Made by a program: the position numbers and the translations under genes. From IMG/VR virus record IMGVR_UViG_3300046468_002660: 64,000 nucleotides of DNA; one strand, given 5' to 3'. The notes under the pieces were generated by a model. That model was not told where the DNA came from and did no database searches. It worked only from the letters and a program-made list of their open reading frames with translations. Shown here piece after piece: positions 8,380 to 18,748 of this stretch. Position 1 is the stretch's first letter; the number at the start of each line of letters is the position of its first letter. The stretch comes from a virus.

Positions 8380-10440
8380 ATGAGCGAGCAGAAAAGAAAA
8401 TATGTTAAAAAATCCTCTTACTGGAATAAATTTGAAAAAAAAGATAAAGCTTTAGACGAGAGTGGCTTTGAACCTATGCTTTGTGGCGACAATTACTACA
8501 GTGAAGCTTCTGAAAAAAGACCTCCAGTAATTACCACAAAAGCCTCTTGCTCGGTAAGAGACGCTTTGAAAAATGCAGACAGTGCAACTGCAGGCAGAGG
8601 AAGAATGGGCTCTGGAGTTAAAAGCGATAAGTATAAAAATATCGCTCAAGGGATGTTACCTTATACAGTAGGAGCTAATGGAATAGATATTAGAGAAACA
8701 ATAGAACTGTGCCAAAAAGCATACGCTAATATTCCTATATTCAGAAACGCTGTGGATGTTATGTCTGAATTTTCTAATTCTGATATCTACCTTGAAGGAG
8801 GTAGTGAGAATGCGAGAAACTTTATATACAAATGGTTTGAAAAAATTAATTTATGGAAAGTAAAAGACCAATATTTTAGAGAATACTACAGAAGTGGAAA
8901 TATATTTTTGTATAGAATAGATGGAAAATTTAATAAAGAAGATATTTTAAAATTAAATACTATTTATGGTAACGATTCTAAATATTTAAATCCAGGTAAA
9001 ATACCAGTAAGATATATATTACTAAATCCATACGATATTATATCCACAAGAAGCAGTTCTTTTAATAATGGAGTGTATAAAAAAATTCTTTCTGAATATG
9101 AACTCGAAAGATTACGAAATCCAAAAACAGAAGAAGATAAACATATCTTAGATTCTCTTGACTCTGACTCAAGAAAAAAAATAAAAGAAGGTAGTTATCA
9201 CTTGGGCGGAATGACAGTTAATCTCGATCCTAATAGATTAATTTATTCTTTTTATAAAAAACAAGATTACGAACCATTTGCAATTCCTTTTGGGTTTCCT
9301 GTTCTTGATGATTTAAATTGGAAAATAGAACTTAAAAAAATTGACCAAGCAATTAGCCGAACAATTGAAAATGTTGTTTTGTTAATAACAATGGGGGCAG
9401 AGCCTGATAAAGGAGGAATAAACCCTCATAGTCTTGGAGCTATGCAATCATTGTTTCAAAGTGAAAGCGTGGGGCGCGTACTTGTAAGTGATTATACTAC
9501 AAAAGCTGAATTTATTATTCCTGAAGTAAATAAAATATTAGGGCCTCAAAAGTATGAGATTGTAAACCAAGATATTAGGGAAGGATTGCAAAACATTATC
9601 GTAGGAAAAGAAAACTATTCAAGCACTCAGATCAAAGCTCAAATATTTCTTGAAAGATTAAAAGAGGCGAGAAATGCTTTTATTAATGATTTTATTATGC
9701 CTCAAGTAAAAACTGTATGTAGAGCAATGGGATTTAGAAAATATCCTACAGTTAGATTTGAAGAGGTGGACATCAAAGATGAAGTTCAGTTCCAAAGGGT
9801 GATTACTAGACTACTTGAAATCGGAGTGATAACTCCTGAGCAGGGTATAGAATCTATAAGAACTGGATTGTTTCCAAATCCAGACACTCTATCTAATGCG
9901 CAAGAAAAATATATTGAACAGAGAGGCGAAGGGTTGTATAATCCACTCATTGGAGGTGTGCCTCCTGTTGAAGCTGCTGGATCTGAAGAAGACAGAGATT
10001 TAAGAGAAAAACAAATTGATGAGCAGGTGAAGCAACAGAATCAAAACAAGCCAAACCAGCAACCAGTAAAAAATACTCCTAATCAACCTGGCAGACCTAC
10101 AGGAGCAAAAGCTAATCAGTTGTATTCTAGGCAATCAATCCAAGGAACTATATACGAAATAGAAAAGTTAAGAAGTTTAGCTTCTAAAGAAATTAAAAAT
10201 AAATTTAACGTTAAAAGATTAAATTCTAATCAATCAAAAATTTTAGATAATCTTATCGAAGCTGTTGTCACATCAACTCCAAAAAAAGAATGGACCAAAG
10301 AAATAAAATCGTGCATTAAAAATGAAGATAAGATTGAAAAATTGACTTGTTTAGAAAGTGTTTTAGATATTTCTTCTCAACACCAACTTCCTGATTATCC
10401 AGCCTCAATATTATTTCACAGTCAAAATAAAGAAAGTTGA
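8380..10440 (+). CDS. portal protein
   Basis: Position after TerL, size, helical pattern (FREYYRSGNIF, YEPFAIPFG), Q/P-rich C-terminal extension; ATG 8380 follows a GTGTA motif. Confidence 0.8.
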   Translation: MSEQKRKYVKKSSYWNKFEKKDKALDESGFEPMLCGDNYYSEASEKRPPVITTKASCSVRDALKNADSATAGRGRMGSGVKSDKYKNIAQGMLPYTVGANGIDIRETIELCQKAYANIPIFRNAVDVMSEFSNSDIYLEGGSENARNFIYKWFEKINLWKVKDQYFREYYRSGNIFLYRIDGKFNKEDILKLNTIYGNDSKYLNPGKIPVRYILLNPYDIISTRSSSFNNGVYKKILSEYELERLRNPKTEEDKHILDSLDSDSRKKIKEGSYHLGGMTVNLDPNRLIYSFYKKQDYEPFAIPFGFPVLDDLNWKIELKKIDQAISRTIENVVLLITMGAEPDKGGINPHSLGAMQSLFQSESVGRVLVSDYTTKAEFIIPEVNKILGPQKYEIVNQDIREGLQNIIVGKENYSSTQIKAQIFLERLKEARNAFINDFIMPQVKTVCRAMGFRKYPTVRFEEVDIKDEVQFQRVITRLLEIGVITPEQGIESIRTGLFPNPDTLSNAQEKYIEQRGEGLYNPLIGGVPPVEAAGSEEDRDLREKQIDEQVKQQNQNKPNQQPVKNTPNQPGRPTGAKANQLYSRQSIQGTIYEIEKLRSLASKEIKNKFNVKRLNSNQSKILDNLIEAVVTSTPKKEWTKEIKSCIKNEDKIEKLTCLESVLDISSQHQLPDYPASILFHSQNKES

Positions 10441-10470
10441 GATAAACACTGGGTTACTAGTGTACATATC

Positions 10471-11541
10471 ATGTATATGAAACATACAATCAATGGAACA
10501 GTAAATAGTAAAAAAATTATTGTAACTGGAGTCACTGGGCAAGATGGCAGCCATATGGTAGATTATCTTTTAAAAAATGTTGACTGTAAAATTTTTGGAT
10601 CATTGAGAAGGATAAGTGTGCCTAATTATAAGCACATTAAACATTTAAAAAATGAATCAAGATTTGAATCTATAAAATTAGATTTAACTGATTCGTACAG
10701 TATTCAAAATGCAATCACCAACATTCAACCAGATTATTTTATAAATTTTGGAGCACAGTCATTTGTGCAATCAAGCTGGGATTTTCCAGAGCAAACTTTT
10801 CAAACAGATGCTACTGCTATGATACATATATTAGAAGCAATTAGAAAGTTCGCTCCGAAGTGTCATTTTTATAACGCAGGGTCTTCTGAAGAATTTGGTG
10901 ATGTAGTTTATTCTCCACAAGACGAAAAGCATCCTTTAAGACCTCAGTCTCCGTATGGAGCAGCTAAAGCCGCAGCTAGACACCTCGTGAGAGTATATAA
11001 AGAATCTTATGACTTGTACGCTATTCAAGGTTGGTTGTTTAATCACGAAGGAACTAGAAGAGGGTATGAATTTGTTACCAGAAAAATCAGTAATAGCATT
11101 GCAAAAATCAAAAAATGCATAGAAAAAAATGAAGATTTTAAACCTTTAAAATTAGGTAATCTTGACGCTAAAAGAGATTGGACAGATGCTGAAGATTTCA
11201 TGGATGGCGTGTGGAAAATGTTAAACCAAGAAACACTAGATCCTAAAAATTATGTTCTAGCGAGTGGAGAAATGTATACGATTAGAGAATTCCTACAAGA
11301 AACTTTAAAACATGCAGGAATAAAATTTGTGGTATCTGGAGAAAAAGAAGATGAAAAATATCTAACTGAAGATGGAAAAACCTTAGTGATTATAGATCCG
11401 TCTCACTACAGACATGCAGAGGTTAAGGAATTGCTTGGAGATTGCTCAAGAGCTAAAAAAGAATTGGGCTGGAAACCTAAAAACAGTTTTATTCAATTAG
11501 TGCATAAAATGTACGATAATGATTACGCAGAAAGTTCTTAA
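10471..11541 (+). CDS. gmd: GDP-mannose 4,6-dehydratase
   Basis: TGVTGQDGS, AQSFV, SSEEFG, SPYGAAK, LFNHEG, FVTRKI, LGNLDAKRDW. Confidence 0.95.
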   Translation: MYMKHTINGTVNSKKIIVTGVTGQDGSHMVDYLLKNVDCKIFGSLRRISVPNYKHIKHLKNESRFESIKLDLTDSYSIQNAITNIQPDYFINFGAQSFVQSSWDFPEQTFQTDATAMIHILEAIRKFAPKCHFYNAGSSEEFGDVVYSPQDEKHPLRPQSPYGAAKAAARHLVRVYKESYDLYAIQGWLFNHEGTRRGYEFVTRKISNSIAKIKKCIEKNEDFKPLKLGNLDAKRDWTDAEDFMDGVWKMLNQETLDPKNYVLASGEMYTIREFLQETLKHAGIKFVVSGEKEDEKYLTEDGKTLVIIDPSHYRHAEVKELLGDCSRAKKELGWKPKNSFIQLVHKMYDNDYAESS

Positions 11542-11561
11542 TTTTTTGTGTATTAAAAAGC

Positions 11562-12272
11562 ATGAAAAAAATAATTTTAGATTTCTCTGAACAAATCCGC
11601 TCTAGTTCGTTATTTTGCGACTGTACTGAAGGGGATGAAGAATACATAACTATGGAAACATGGGCTGAAGAAAAAGGAAAAGGCAAGAAGTTAAATAAGC
11701 CTTTTAGAACCCCAGGGGGTCCAAAGAAATTTTCTGTTTACGTTAAAAACGAAAAAGGTAATGTAGTAAAAGTAAATTTTGGAGATCCAAATATGTCAAT
11801 AAAGCGGGATAACCCAGAGCGTAGAAAAAGTTTTAGAGCTAGACACAACTGTGCTAATCCTGGACCAAAAACTAAAGCTAGATATTGGTCATGCCGTCAA
11901 TGGAGAGCTGGATCAAAAGTTCAAGGATCAGAATTCGATCTAAGTGATGAAGAAGTTGATGCTGTTATTCTTGATGAGCTTGATGAATCAGAAGCTAAAA
12001 AGGGCAAACCAGGACTTTGGGAAAACATTAGAAGAAAAAAAGCTCGGATGGGGAAAAATTATAAACCAGCAAAACCAGGAGACAAGGACTACCCTGACGA
12101 AAAATCTTTGAAAAAAGCTCAAAAATCTTCGAAAGAAAAAAAAGAATCCAAGGGAGAACTAACAAAAGAACAAAAAAGCTTACCCCCTGCATTGCAGAAA
12201 AAAATATTAGAAAAAAAGGGTAAATCTCCAAAAGATAAAGAAGATAAAAACAAAGATAAAAAAGATAAATAA
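11562..12272 (+). CDS. basic, modular head-associated protein
   Basis: K/R-rich modules (VNFGDPNM...SFRARHNC...RYWSC; GLWENIRRKK); lies in the head operon. Confidence 0.6.
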   Translation: MKKIILDFSEQIRSSSLFCDCTEGDEEYITMETWAEEKGKGKKLNKPFRTPGGPKKFSVYVKNEKGNVVKVNFGDPNMSIKRDNPERRKSFRARHNCANPGPKTKARYWSCRQWRAGSKVQGSEFDLSDEEVDAVILDELDESEAKKGKPGLWENIRRKKARMGKNYKPAKPGDKDYPDEKSLKKAQKSSKEKKESKGELTKEQKSLPPALQKKILEKKGKSPKDKEDKNKDKKDK

Positions 12273-12295
12273 ATTTTTAGTGTATTAAACAACAC

Positions 12296-13885
12296 ATGAA
12301 TTTTAAATACAAAACAGCTTTTTCTCATGAGATCAAAGCTTCTGATAAAGATGTTAAGAATAATAAATTCACATCAGAAGCTTCTTTAGAACAATTAAAG
12401 AGTTTAGTTCCTGAAGATATTGATTTCAAAAGAAATATCGATCTTATAGGTTTAGCTTTTAATGCAGCAGTTATTAATCAATTTAATAAAAATGATGATG
12501 GAATTGATACAGCTACAGCAATGGCTATAAAAGATTATTTTGTTCATAAACCTACTAATATAGAACATAATAAAAAGAAAATTGTCGGACATATTGTTTC
12601 TTCAGCTTTTTCAAGATCTTATAACGATGAAATTTTTGAAATTAACAATCAAGATTCTAAAGAGCCTTTTAATTTAGCTCTGGGTGCAGTGATATATTCT
12701 AATGCTAATCAAGAGTTTGCAGATCTTGCTCTACGCTCTGTTAATCCGAATGATGAATTATATCAGTCAGTATCTGCAAGCTGGGAACTCGGATTTAATG
12801 ATTATGTTATTGCTGCTGGTAGTCGAAAACTAAGTGAAGCTGAAATTATTACAAATGTAAAACATATAAGTGAATTGTCAGAATATTTAAAAGCTTTTGA
12901 CGGTGAAGGGGAAATGAAAGATGGTACTCCTATTTACAGATTAGTTGTTGGAGAAGTTTATCCGCTAGGAATTGGATTCACAGCAAATCCTGCAGCTGAA
13001 GTTCAAGGTATTTATATACATAAGGATAAAAAAAAAGAGATTGAACTAGACGACCAAGAAGCTCAAGAAATTGAGCGCATAGAAGTACACAATAAAAACT
13101 TTTTTGAAAAAAGTGAAAAAAATATTTCACAAAATGAAAATTTACATGTAATAGAATCTATAAACAAAATTTCTACTATGGAAAAAAAAGAATTACTAGA
13201 AGACTTTAAAGCCATTCTCGAAGAAAAAATGCCTGGTCATGATTTCTCTCAGGAAACTGTGGCTAATGTTGGCCGCGTAATTGGAGATGCTATCAAATCC
13301 AAAAGCGAACAATATGAAAAGGAACTTCGTGCTCTTGAAGAGCATAAGTTAGAATTTGAAAAGTCTGAACAAGCATTGAAAGAAGATATTGAAGATCTTC
13401 GTTCAAAACTCGGTTCAGCTGAAGAACAAGTTTCTAAACTTAACGAAGAAATCGAAGCTCGTAAAAGCGAAGAAGCTTTTAACGCAAGAATGGACGAAAT
13501 TGATGCGACCTATGAATTGAGCGATGAAGATCGCAAGGTTCTTGTTGCTGAAATTCAATCTGTTGGATTAGAAGATTCTGATTTTGAAGAATACAAATCC
13601 AAGCTTGCTGTAATGTGGGCTCATAAAAACAAAGAACATATCGCAGAGCAAGAAAAGCTTTTCAACGAAAAACTTGAAGCTGAAATTCAAAAACGTTTGA
13701 ATTCAGAAAAAGTTGAAGTTGTCGAAGCTAAAGAAGAAGATTCTGTCGAAGAAGTTCTTGAGAATGCAGTTGCTGAAGAAGAAATTGTTGCTAATAACAA
13801 TGTCGATACAGCCACTGAAGAAAAATCTTTAAAGGAAAAGTTTCAACAAGCTTTTGCTAGAGAGAATATATCAATCAAAATTTAA
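12296..13885 (+). CDS. prohead protease fused to a coiled-coil scaffold
   Basis: NIEH...VGHI, SASWELGF, GIGFTANPAA; acidic coiled-coil C-terminal half; precedes the capsid genes. Confidence 0.8.
   Translation: MNFKYKTAFSHEIKASDKDVKNNKFTSEASLEQLKSLVPEDIDFKRNIDLIGLAFNAAVINQFNKNDDGIDTATAMAIKDYFVHKPTNIEHNKKKIVGHIVSSAFSRSYNDEIFEINNQDSKEPFNLALGAVIYSNANQEFADLALRSVNPNDELYQSVSASWELGFNDYVIAAGSRKLSEAEIITNVKHISELSEYLKAFDGEGEMKDGTPIYRLVVGEVYPLGIGFTANPAAEVQGIYIHKDKKKEIELDDQEAQEIERIEVHNKNFFEKSEKNISQNENLHVIESINKISTMEKKELLEDFKAILEEKMPGHDFSQETVANVGRVIGDAIKSKSEQYEKELRALEEHKLEFEKSEQALKEDIEDLRSKLGSAEEQVSKLNEEIEARKSEEAFNARMDEIDATYELSDEDRKVLVAEIQSVGLEDSDFEEYKSKLAVMWAHKNKEHIAEQEKLFNEKLEAEIQKRLNSEKVEVVEAKEEDSVEEVLENAVAEEEIVANNNVDTATEEKSLKEKFQQAFARENISIKI
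13124..13153 (+). promoter_or_regulatory. putative internal late promoter ATTTCAC-N16-TGTAATA
   Basis: Same boxes and spacing as 18749-18778; in-frame ATG at 13178. Confidence 0.5.
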
Positions 13886-13897
13886 CAAATATTAAAA

Positions 13898-14566
13898 ATG
13901 CAAAAATTATTACCATTTAGACAATATGACGAACAAGACGTACTTGGAATCTTTTCTTTAGATGTATCATCTGAAAAAGTTACTAAGTATGTAGATTTAG
14001 CACCCGACAATGTAAATTTTGACGGTGGAGCTAATTGGAGTGGAACCCTTGTAAAAGCTACAGCTGGAAACGAGTTGGGTAAAGACGAACCTTTAAGAAC
14101 AAACGATGCTTATCTTGGAGCAATTGGAAGCGGAGATCAAGGGTTTGCTATGCAACAAGGAAGTTTTTATCCTCAAGCCCCTTTGAAAGTAGAGGCTGTT
14201 GCAAGTGATCAAGATGAAAACGCTTTAGGTTTAACTCTTCGCCCAACAATGGCATGGGACGAAAATATGGAAAAGCTTCTTTACTATCCTGTAAAGAAAG
14301 ATGAGTTTCAAGCTGTTCTTCCTGGGGAAACTGTTCCTGTTGTTACTCGCGGATTTTTTACAGTAAAATACGGCGGCACAACTACAGGAGTAACTATAGC
14401 AGGAACACCTGCAGTTGGCAATGTATTGAAAGCAACAGCTGTTGCTGGAGAATTGGGAGTAGCAACAAGTGCTCAGAAGGGCATCGCAAGAGTCCTTGCT
14501 ATAGGAAAAAATGGAGGAGACAATGTAGCACTAATTCAATTTGGAATTTCTGCTGTCGCTTCCTAA
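13898..14566 (+). CDS. capsid decoration/cement protein
   Basis: Between scaffold and MCP; G/A/V-rich beta pattern (VPVVTRG). Confidence 0.65.
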   Translation: MQKLLPFRQYDEQDVLGIFSLDVSSEKVTKYVDLAPDNVNFDGGANWSGTLVKATAGNELGKDEPLRTNDAYLGAIGSGDQGFAMQQGSFYPQAPLKVEAVASDQDENALGLTLRPTMAWDENMEKLLYYPVKKDEFQAVLPGETVPVVTRGFFTVKYGGTTTGVTIAGTPAVGNVLKATAVAGELGVATSAQKGIARVLAIGKNGGDNVALIQFGISAVAS

Positions 14567-14584
14567 AAGAAAGGAAAATTTAAT

Positions 14585-15766
14585 ATGAATATTACTTTAA
14601 AACGTACACAAGAACAAGTCGAGCTTATTAAAGCTATGGCTTCTAAGAATCGAAACGTTGCATATGAAGCTCAAGCTGCAGCTGCTGAATTTATTGGCCC
14701 TGTTTTGGCAGAAGTCATTAATAACGCTCCTGCTTTGAGCAATATGTTTAACACCTTTTCTTTTAATGATGATGACAATCCCTCTATTCCATTGGATCTG
14801 TATCATGATATTACAGATACTGATTATGTAGAGATTTACACTCAAAATGTTCCTGGTGGACTTCCATCCAACCATGTAGCACCTAAGCACAGCGAGCTTA
14901 AATTCCAAACTTACCGTCTTGAAACAGCAGTTGACTTTGATCGTCGATATGCTTCTCGTTCAAGGCTTGATGTTGTAAGTAAAACATTTACTCGTATCGC
15001 TCAAGAATTGCTTCAAAAACAAGAAGTTACTTCTGGTAACTTGGTAATGTCTGTTTTGGCAAAAGCTTTGACAAACGGCAAAAAACATGTTATTAAATCT
15101 CATACAGAGAATCAATTCTTACTTGCTGATGTTAATAAACTTATCACTCACGCTAAAAGAATTAATACAGCATGGAATCAAGGAACACCAATCAATGCAA
15201 CTCGCGGAGTTACTGATTTGATTGTTTCTCCTGAAATTATGGGTGAAATTCGCGCTATGGCTTACAACCCCATCAATACTCGTACACACGGTTCTTCTTC
15301 TGTAACTGGTTCAGTTGGAGGTAGCGGATCTTCTGCTGGCGATGCTGTTACTGGTACAGTAGATAATCCTGGTGGAGTTATTGCAGCTACTGATAGCATG
15401 CGTGAAGCATTGTACAACAACGCTGGAACTTCTGAGCTTTATGGTATCTCCATCACTGAACTCAACGAGTTTGGTATTAGCCAAAGATTTAACACAATCT
15501 TTGATACTGCTGATGGTGATGCTGGTAGTTTTGGACAAGCTGGCACTCATTTTAATACTGCCGATGATGAAATTATCCTTGGCTTGGATCGCACTCGTGA
15601 ATCCATGATGAGAGCTATTGCTGTTGATTCTGAAACTGGAGCAGAGTTGAGACTTGCTGCTGATGATCAGTATACTGTTCGTCAACAAAAGATCGGATAC
15701 TATGGTTCAATTGAAGAAGGTCGTATGATCCTCGACAGTCGTGCCCTCACAGGTATTGTTGTGTAA
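14585..15766 (+). CDS. major capsid protein
   Basis: 393 aa, position in the head operon, followed by a strong terminator. Confidence 0.8.
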   Translation: MNITLKRTQEQVELIKAMASKNRNVAYEAQAAAAEFIGPVLAEVINNAPALSNMFNTFSFNDDDNPSIPLDLYHDITDTDYVEIYTQNVPGGLPSNHVAPKHSELKFQTYRLETAVDFDRRYASRSRLDVVSKTFTRIAQELLQKQEVTSGNLVMSVLAKALTNGKKHVIKSHTENQFLLADVNKLITHAKRINTAWNQGTPINATRGVTDLIVSPEIMGEIRAMAYNPINTRTHGSSSVTGSVGGSGSSAGDAVTGTVDNPGGVIAATDSMREALYNNAGTSELYGISITELNEFGISQRFNTIFDTADGDAGSFGQAGTHFNTADDEIILGLDRTRESMMRAIAVDSETGAELRLAADDQYTVRQQKIGYYGSIEEGRMILDSRALTGIVV

Positions 15767-15794
15767 GACACTTCTTAACACATATTAAGAGTTT

Positions 15795-15824
15795 AAAAAA
15801 ATCCACCTACGGGTGGATTTTTTT
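15795..15824 (+). terminator. rho-independent terminator
   Basis: A6-ATCCACC-TACG-GGTGGAT-T6 (cUACGg tetraloop). Confidence 0.9.
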
Positions 15825-15865
15825 ATTCCCAGATTTAACATAAAAGTGTAACCTAAAATAATATT

Positions 15866-16279
15866 ATGGCACAAAGCAAAGCAAAAAAAACGAAGAAAAA
15901 AGCTCAAGAAAGCGTTTCAAGGACGAATAAAGAGATGATGTATACAGATGGTAAAGCTACAATAGCAAGCGAAGAAAAAAAACTAACTGATTTAGAGTCA
16001 ATATTGAACCCTGGGATTTTAACAAATCATTTTCAAGCGAAAACAGGAGAAGAATTTGATAGTAAAATGGCTGATATGTCCATGCCTGAGCTGCAATCCT
16101 TGGCTGTAAAAGTCGGAGTATTTCCTTCTGGAAATAGAACAACTTTAAAAAATAAATTAAAGAAAGAATTCAATAATGTTGTGTTTACAGGAAAAGGAAA
16201 AGTCATGCAATCAGAAAGACCAATGTTTGATTTTGACTCTTTAACTGCAGAGCAAAAAAAATTATTTAAAGAAATTTAA
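15866..16279 (+). CDS. hypothetical protein
   Basis: ORF after a GTGTA motif. Confidence 0.7.
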   Translation: MAQSKAKKTKKKAQESVSRTNKEMMYTDGKATIASEEKKLTDLESILNPGILTNHFQAKTGEEFDSKMADMSMPELQSLAVKVGVFPSGNRTTLKNKLKKEFNNVVFTGKGKVMQSERPMFDFDSLTAEQKKLFKEI

Positions 16280-16280
16280 C

Positions 16281-16820
16281 ATGGGGCAACTGGATGATAT
16301 TGCTGGAGATATATATGATACTGAATTTTTTGATGAAGTAGCGACTCCAGGAGAAATAGCTGCAGCAAAAGCTAGGATAGCTGCTTGGCTAGAAACCAAT
16401 ATTGGACAGTTAAATGTATTAATAAATTCTTCTTATAGAGTAGATGCAAGCAATGATACTTGCCCTGTTTTGCAGGATGAAGAAATTGCTATATTTATAC
16501 AGTTATACCTTAAGTATTACTACAAAAGACAAAGTCAATCTATTCTTAAGAATTTAACATCAACCACAGTAATTTCTGGAACTCCAATTTATACAATGTC
16601 AGATTGGACAGAGTTGCGAGAAGGAGATTCTCAAATTAAAAGAGTCTCGCAAAACGCTTCTCCGCAACAAAAAGTTCAAATAGCTCAAGCTTATAAAGGA
16701 TTCTCTTCTGAGGCTGATGTAAAATTAAGTGAATTAATTCATGCCTATAATATGTATAAATCTGTGCCAAGGCAAGTTGTATCAGATGGTATAATAAATA
16801 CTCCTCCAACACCTACTTAA
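16281..16820 (+). CDS. putative head-tail adaptor
   Basis: Position after MCP; ELREGDSQI beta-hairpin pattern. Confidence 0.55.
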   Translation: MGQLDDIAGDIYDTEFFDEVATPGEIAAAKARIAAWLETNIGQLNVLINSSYRVDASNDTCPVLQDEEIAIFIQLYLKYYYKRQSQSILKNLTSTTVISGTPIYTMSDWTELREGDSQIKRVSQNASPQQKVQIAQAYKGFSSEADVKLSELIHAYNMYKSVPRQVVSDGIINTPPTPT

Positions 16821-16821
16821 A

Positions 16822-17268
16822 ATGGCAGATTTAATTCCAGGGTCTGACAAAATAGCTTTTGATGCTATTTTTGACGATATTCACGATACTTTTGCGAGAG
16901 AAATTACAATTTTTAAAAAAGAGAAAAAAGTATTTGTAGCTACGAATCCCACTTATAACGCACTGTACTCTAGACTTAAAAACGCAAAAGGTTCAGAAAA
17001 AACAGTTGAAGCTATAACAGTGAAAGCACGAGTTGCATACGCTGGGAATTTTGAATTCTTGAGAGCCAATTCAGAAAACGAAATTATGGGAATAGATATC
17101 CCAGCAGATCATGTAAGAATTAAAATTGATGCAGCTGGATACAATTTAATCAAGCAAGCTACTGATATAGAAATTGACGGAGAATTATTTAACATCACAT
17201 CTGACGCTGCAAAATCTGGATTGTTTAAAGTTAATTACTACAATTTATTGCTAAAAAGAAGGAGTTAA
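16822..17268 (+). CDS. putative head closure/stopper protein
   Basis: Position; beta-rich (IEIDGELF). Confidence 0.55.
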   Translation: MADLIPGSDKIAFDAIFDDIHDTFAREITIFKKEKKVFVATNPTYNALYSRLKNAKGSEKTVEAITVKARVAYAGNFEFLRANSENEIMGIDIPADHVRIKIDAAGYNLIKQATDIEIDGELFNITSDAAKSGLFKVNYYNLLLKRRS

Positions 17269-17269
17269 T

Positions 17270-17875
17270 ATGCCTGTAAGAATAAACATGAGAGCTTTAA
17301 AAGCGATAGAAAACTCTCAAGTTGCTCCAATTGTAAATAAGCAAGTTGAAATGAGTATAATAAAATCGGCAAAATTAGCTCATCAAAAAATGTTAAAAGC
17401 ATTTGATAATCACCCAGTAACAAAAGAAATTATGTCAGGGCCTGAAGGGTATAATCAAAGCGGTACATTAGGAGGATATGGTAATTTATTTTCTTTTATT
17501 GGTTTCGAAGAAGGTATGGATCCTATAGCTCCAATTAGATATATACTACAAAAAAGTTTAAATGTTAAAGCTACACCTTCAAACCATAAATCAATGATCA
17601 TGAATTTTTTAGTAGAGCTACCCTCTAAAGAAAGTTTGTTTGAAGCCTCTCCAATGCCGTGGGCTAGTGGTAGAAGTTGGTTGGAGGGAATCGAGCGGGG
17701 AATATCTGGACTTGGAAATTATCTTAACACAATGTCTTTTTCAAGTAGGTCTGGAGAAGGTGTGCAAACAAAAAATAAAATTCGAAGCGGTGGATTCAGG
17801 AATACTCAGTATTTGAGTAGTTTATTAAACAATCTAGCAATAGATGTTAGAAAAGGAGTGTCGTTTAAAAAATGA
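17270..17875 (+). CDS. putative neck/tail-completion protein
   Basis: Position; basic composition. Confidence 0.5.
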   Translation: MPVRINMRALKAIENSQVAPIVNKQVEMSIIKSAKLAHQKMLKAFDNHPVTKEIMSGPEGYNQSGTLGGYGNLFSFIGFEEGMDPIAPIRYILQKSLNVKATPSNHKSMIMNFLVELPSKESLFEASPMPWASGRSWLEGIERGISGLGNYLNTMSFSSRSGEGVQTKNKIRSGGFRNTQYLSSLLNNLAIDVRKGVSFKK

Positions 17876-18747
17876 ATGTTGGGTTTGATCATGAGTTACT
17901 GTCTAGTTTTTATTTATGGTGTGATGATAGGTTAACTTATTTTGCTGAAGCTTATCAGCCAATAGAAACTCATACTTTTGAATTTGTTGATTCAATTGAT
18001 GTTCCAACAAATTACCACGCGTATTACAGCCCATACAGACAATTCGTATGGTCATCTGATAAATTTTTAGTTGACGATCATGTTGAAATTGGAGGATCTC
18101 AAGTTGTTGATAAAAATGGGATATATATAGATTATAACAATGGCAGAGTATTGGTTGATACAGCTACACATGGATCAAGTAAAACTTTAAATATTCAGGG
18201 GAACTTTGCATATAAAACAGTAAATTTATACATCACCGATGAGACTGAAGAAAATGTTATTTTAAATAGTGATTTTATTATTAGCCCTTTAAATCAAACT
18301 TATATGCAAACAGCAGGAGGATTCAGTGATCAGATGTATACTGTTCCTGCTATATTTTTAACATTATCAAGTTCAACAAATGAGCCGTTTGCTTTCGGCG
18401 GAATGGATTGCACAAAAGTAAATGTAAGATCTGTTGTGGTAGCTGATTCAAATTACACATTGGATGGTGTACTTTCTATTTTTAGAGACTCTGCACGAAC
18501 AAGTTTTAAATTAATATCTTTTGAGGATTTTCCGTTTGGAGAATTTCATCATATTAAGTCCCATCCATATAAATATAACTCATTATCTAACTCTTCTTCA
18601 GCTCATTGTTTTGTTGATGAAGTGAGGGTTTCAAAGCTTACGGATCGTTCAAGAGAAAGAATTACAGGGTCAAAAGATTATAAGATTGGTTTTATTGATT
18701 TCCAAATATCAAAACCAAGAACTCCAAGAGAAATTTTTTCTAGATAA
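17872..18747 (+). CDS. putative tail terminator protein
   Basis: Directly before the tail tube; VPAIFL...PFAFGG. Confidence 0.5.
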   Translation: MNVGFDHELLSSFYLWCDDRLTYFAEAYQPIETHTFEFVDSIDVPTNYHAYYSPYRQFVWSSDKFLVDDHVEIGGSQVVDKNGIYIDYNNGRVLVDTATHGSSKTLNIQGNFAYKTVNLYITDETEENVILNSDFIISPLNQTYMQTAGGFSDQMYTVPAIFLTLSSSTNEPFAFGGMDCTKVNVRSVVVADSNYTLDGVLSIFRDSARTSFKLISFEDFPFGEFHHIKSHPYKYNSLSNSSSAHCFVDEVRVSKLTDRSRERITGSKDYKIGFIDFQISKPRTPREIFSR

Positions 18748-18748
18748 A

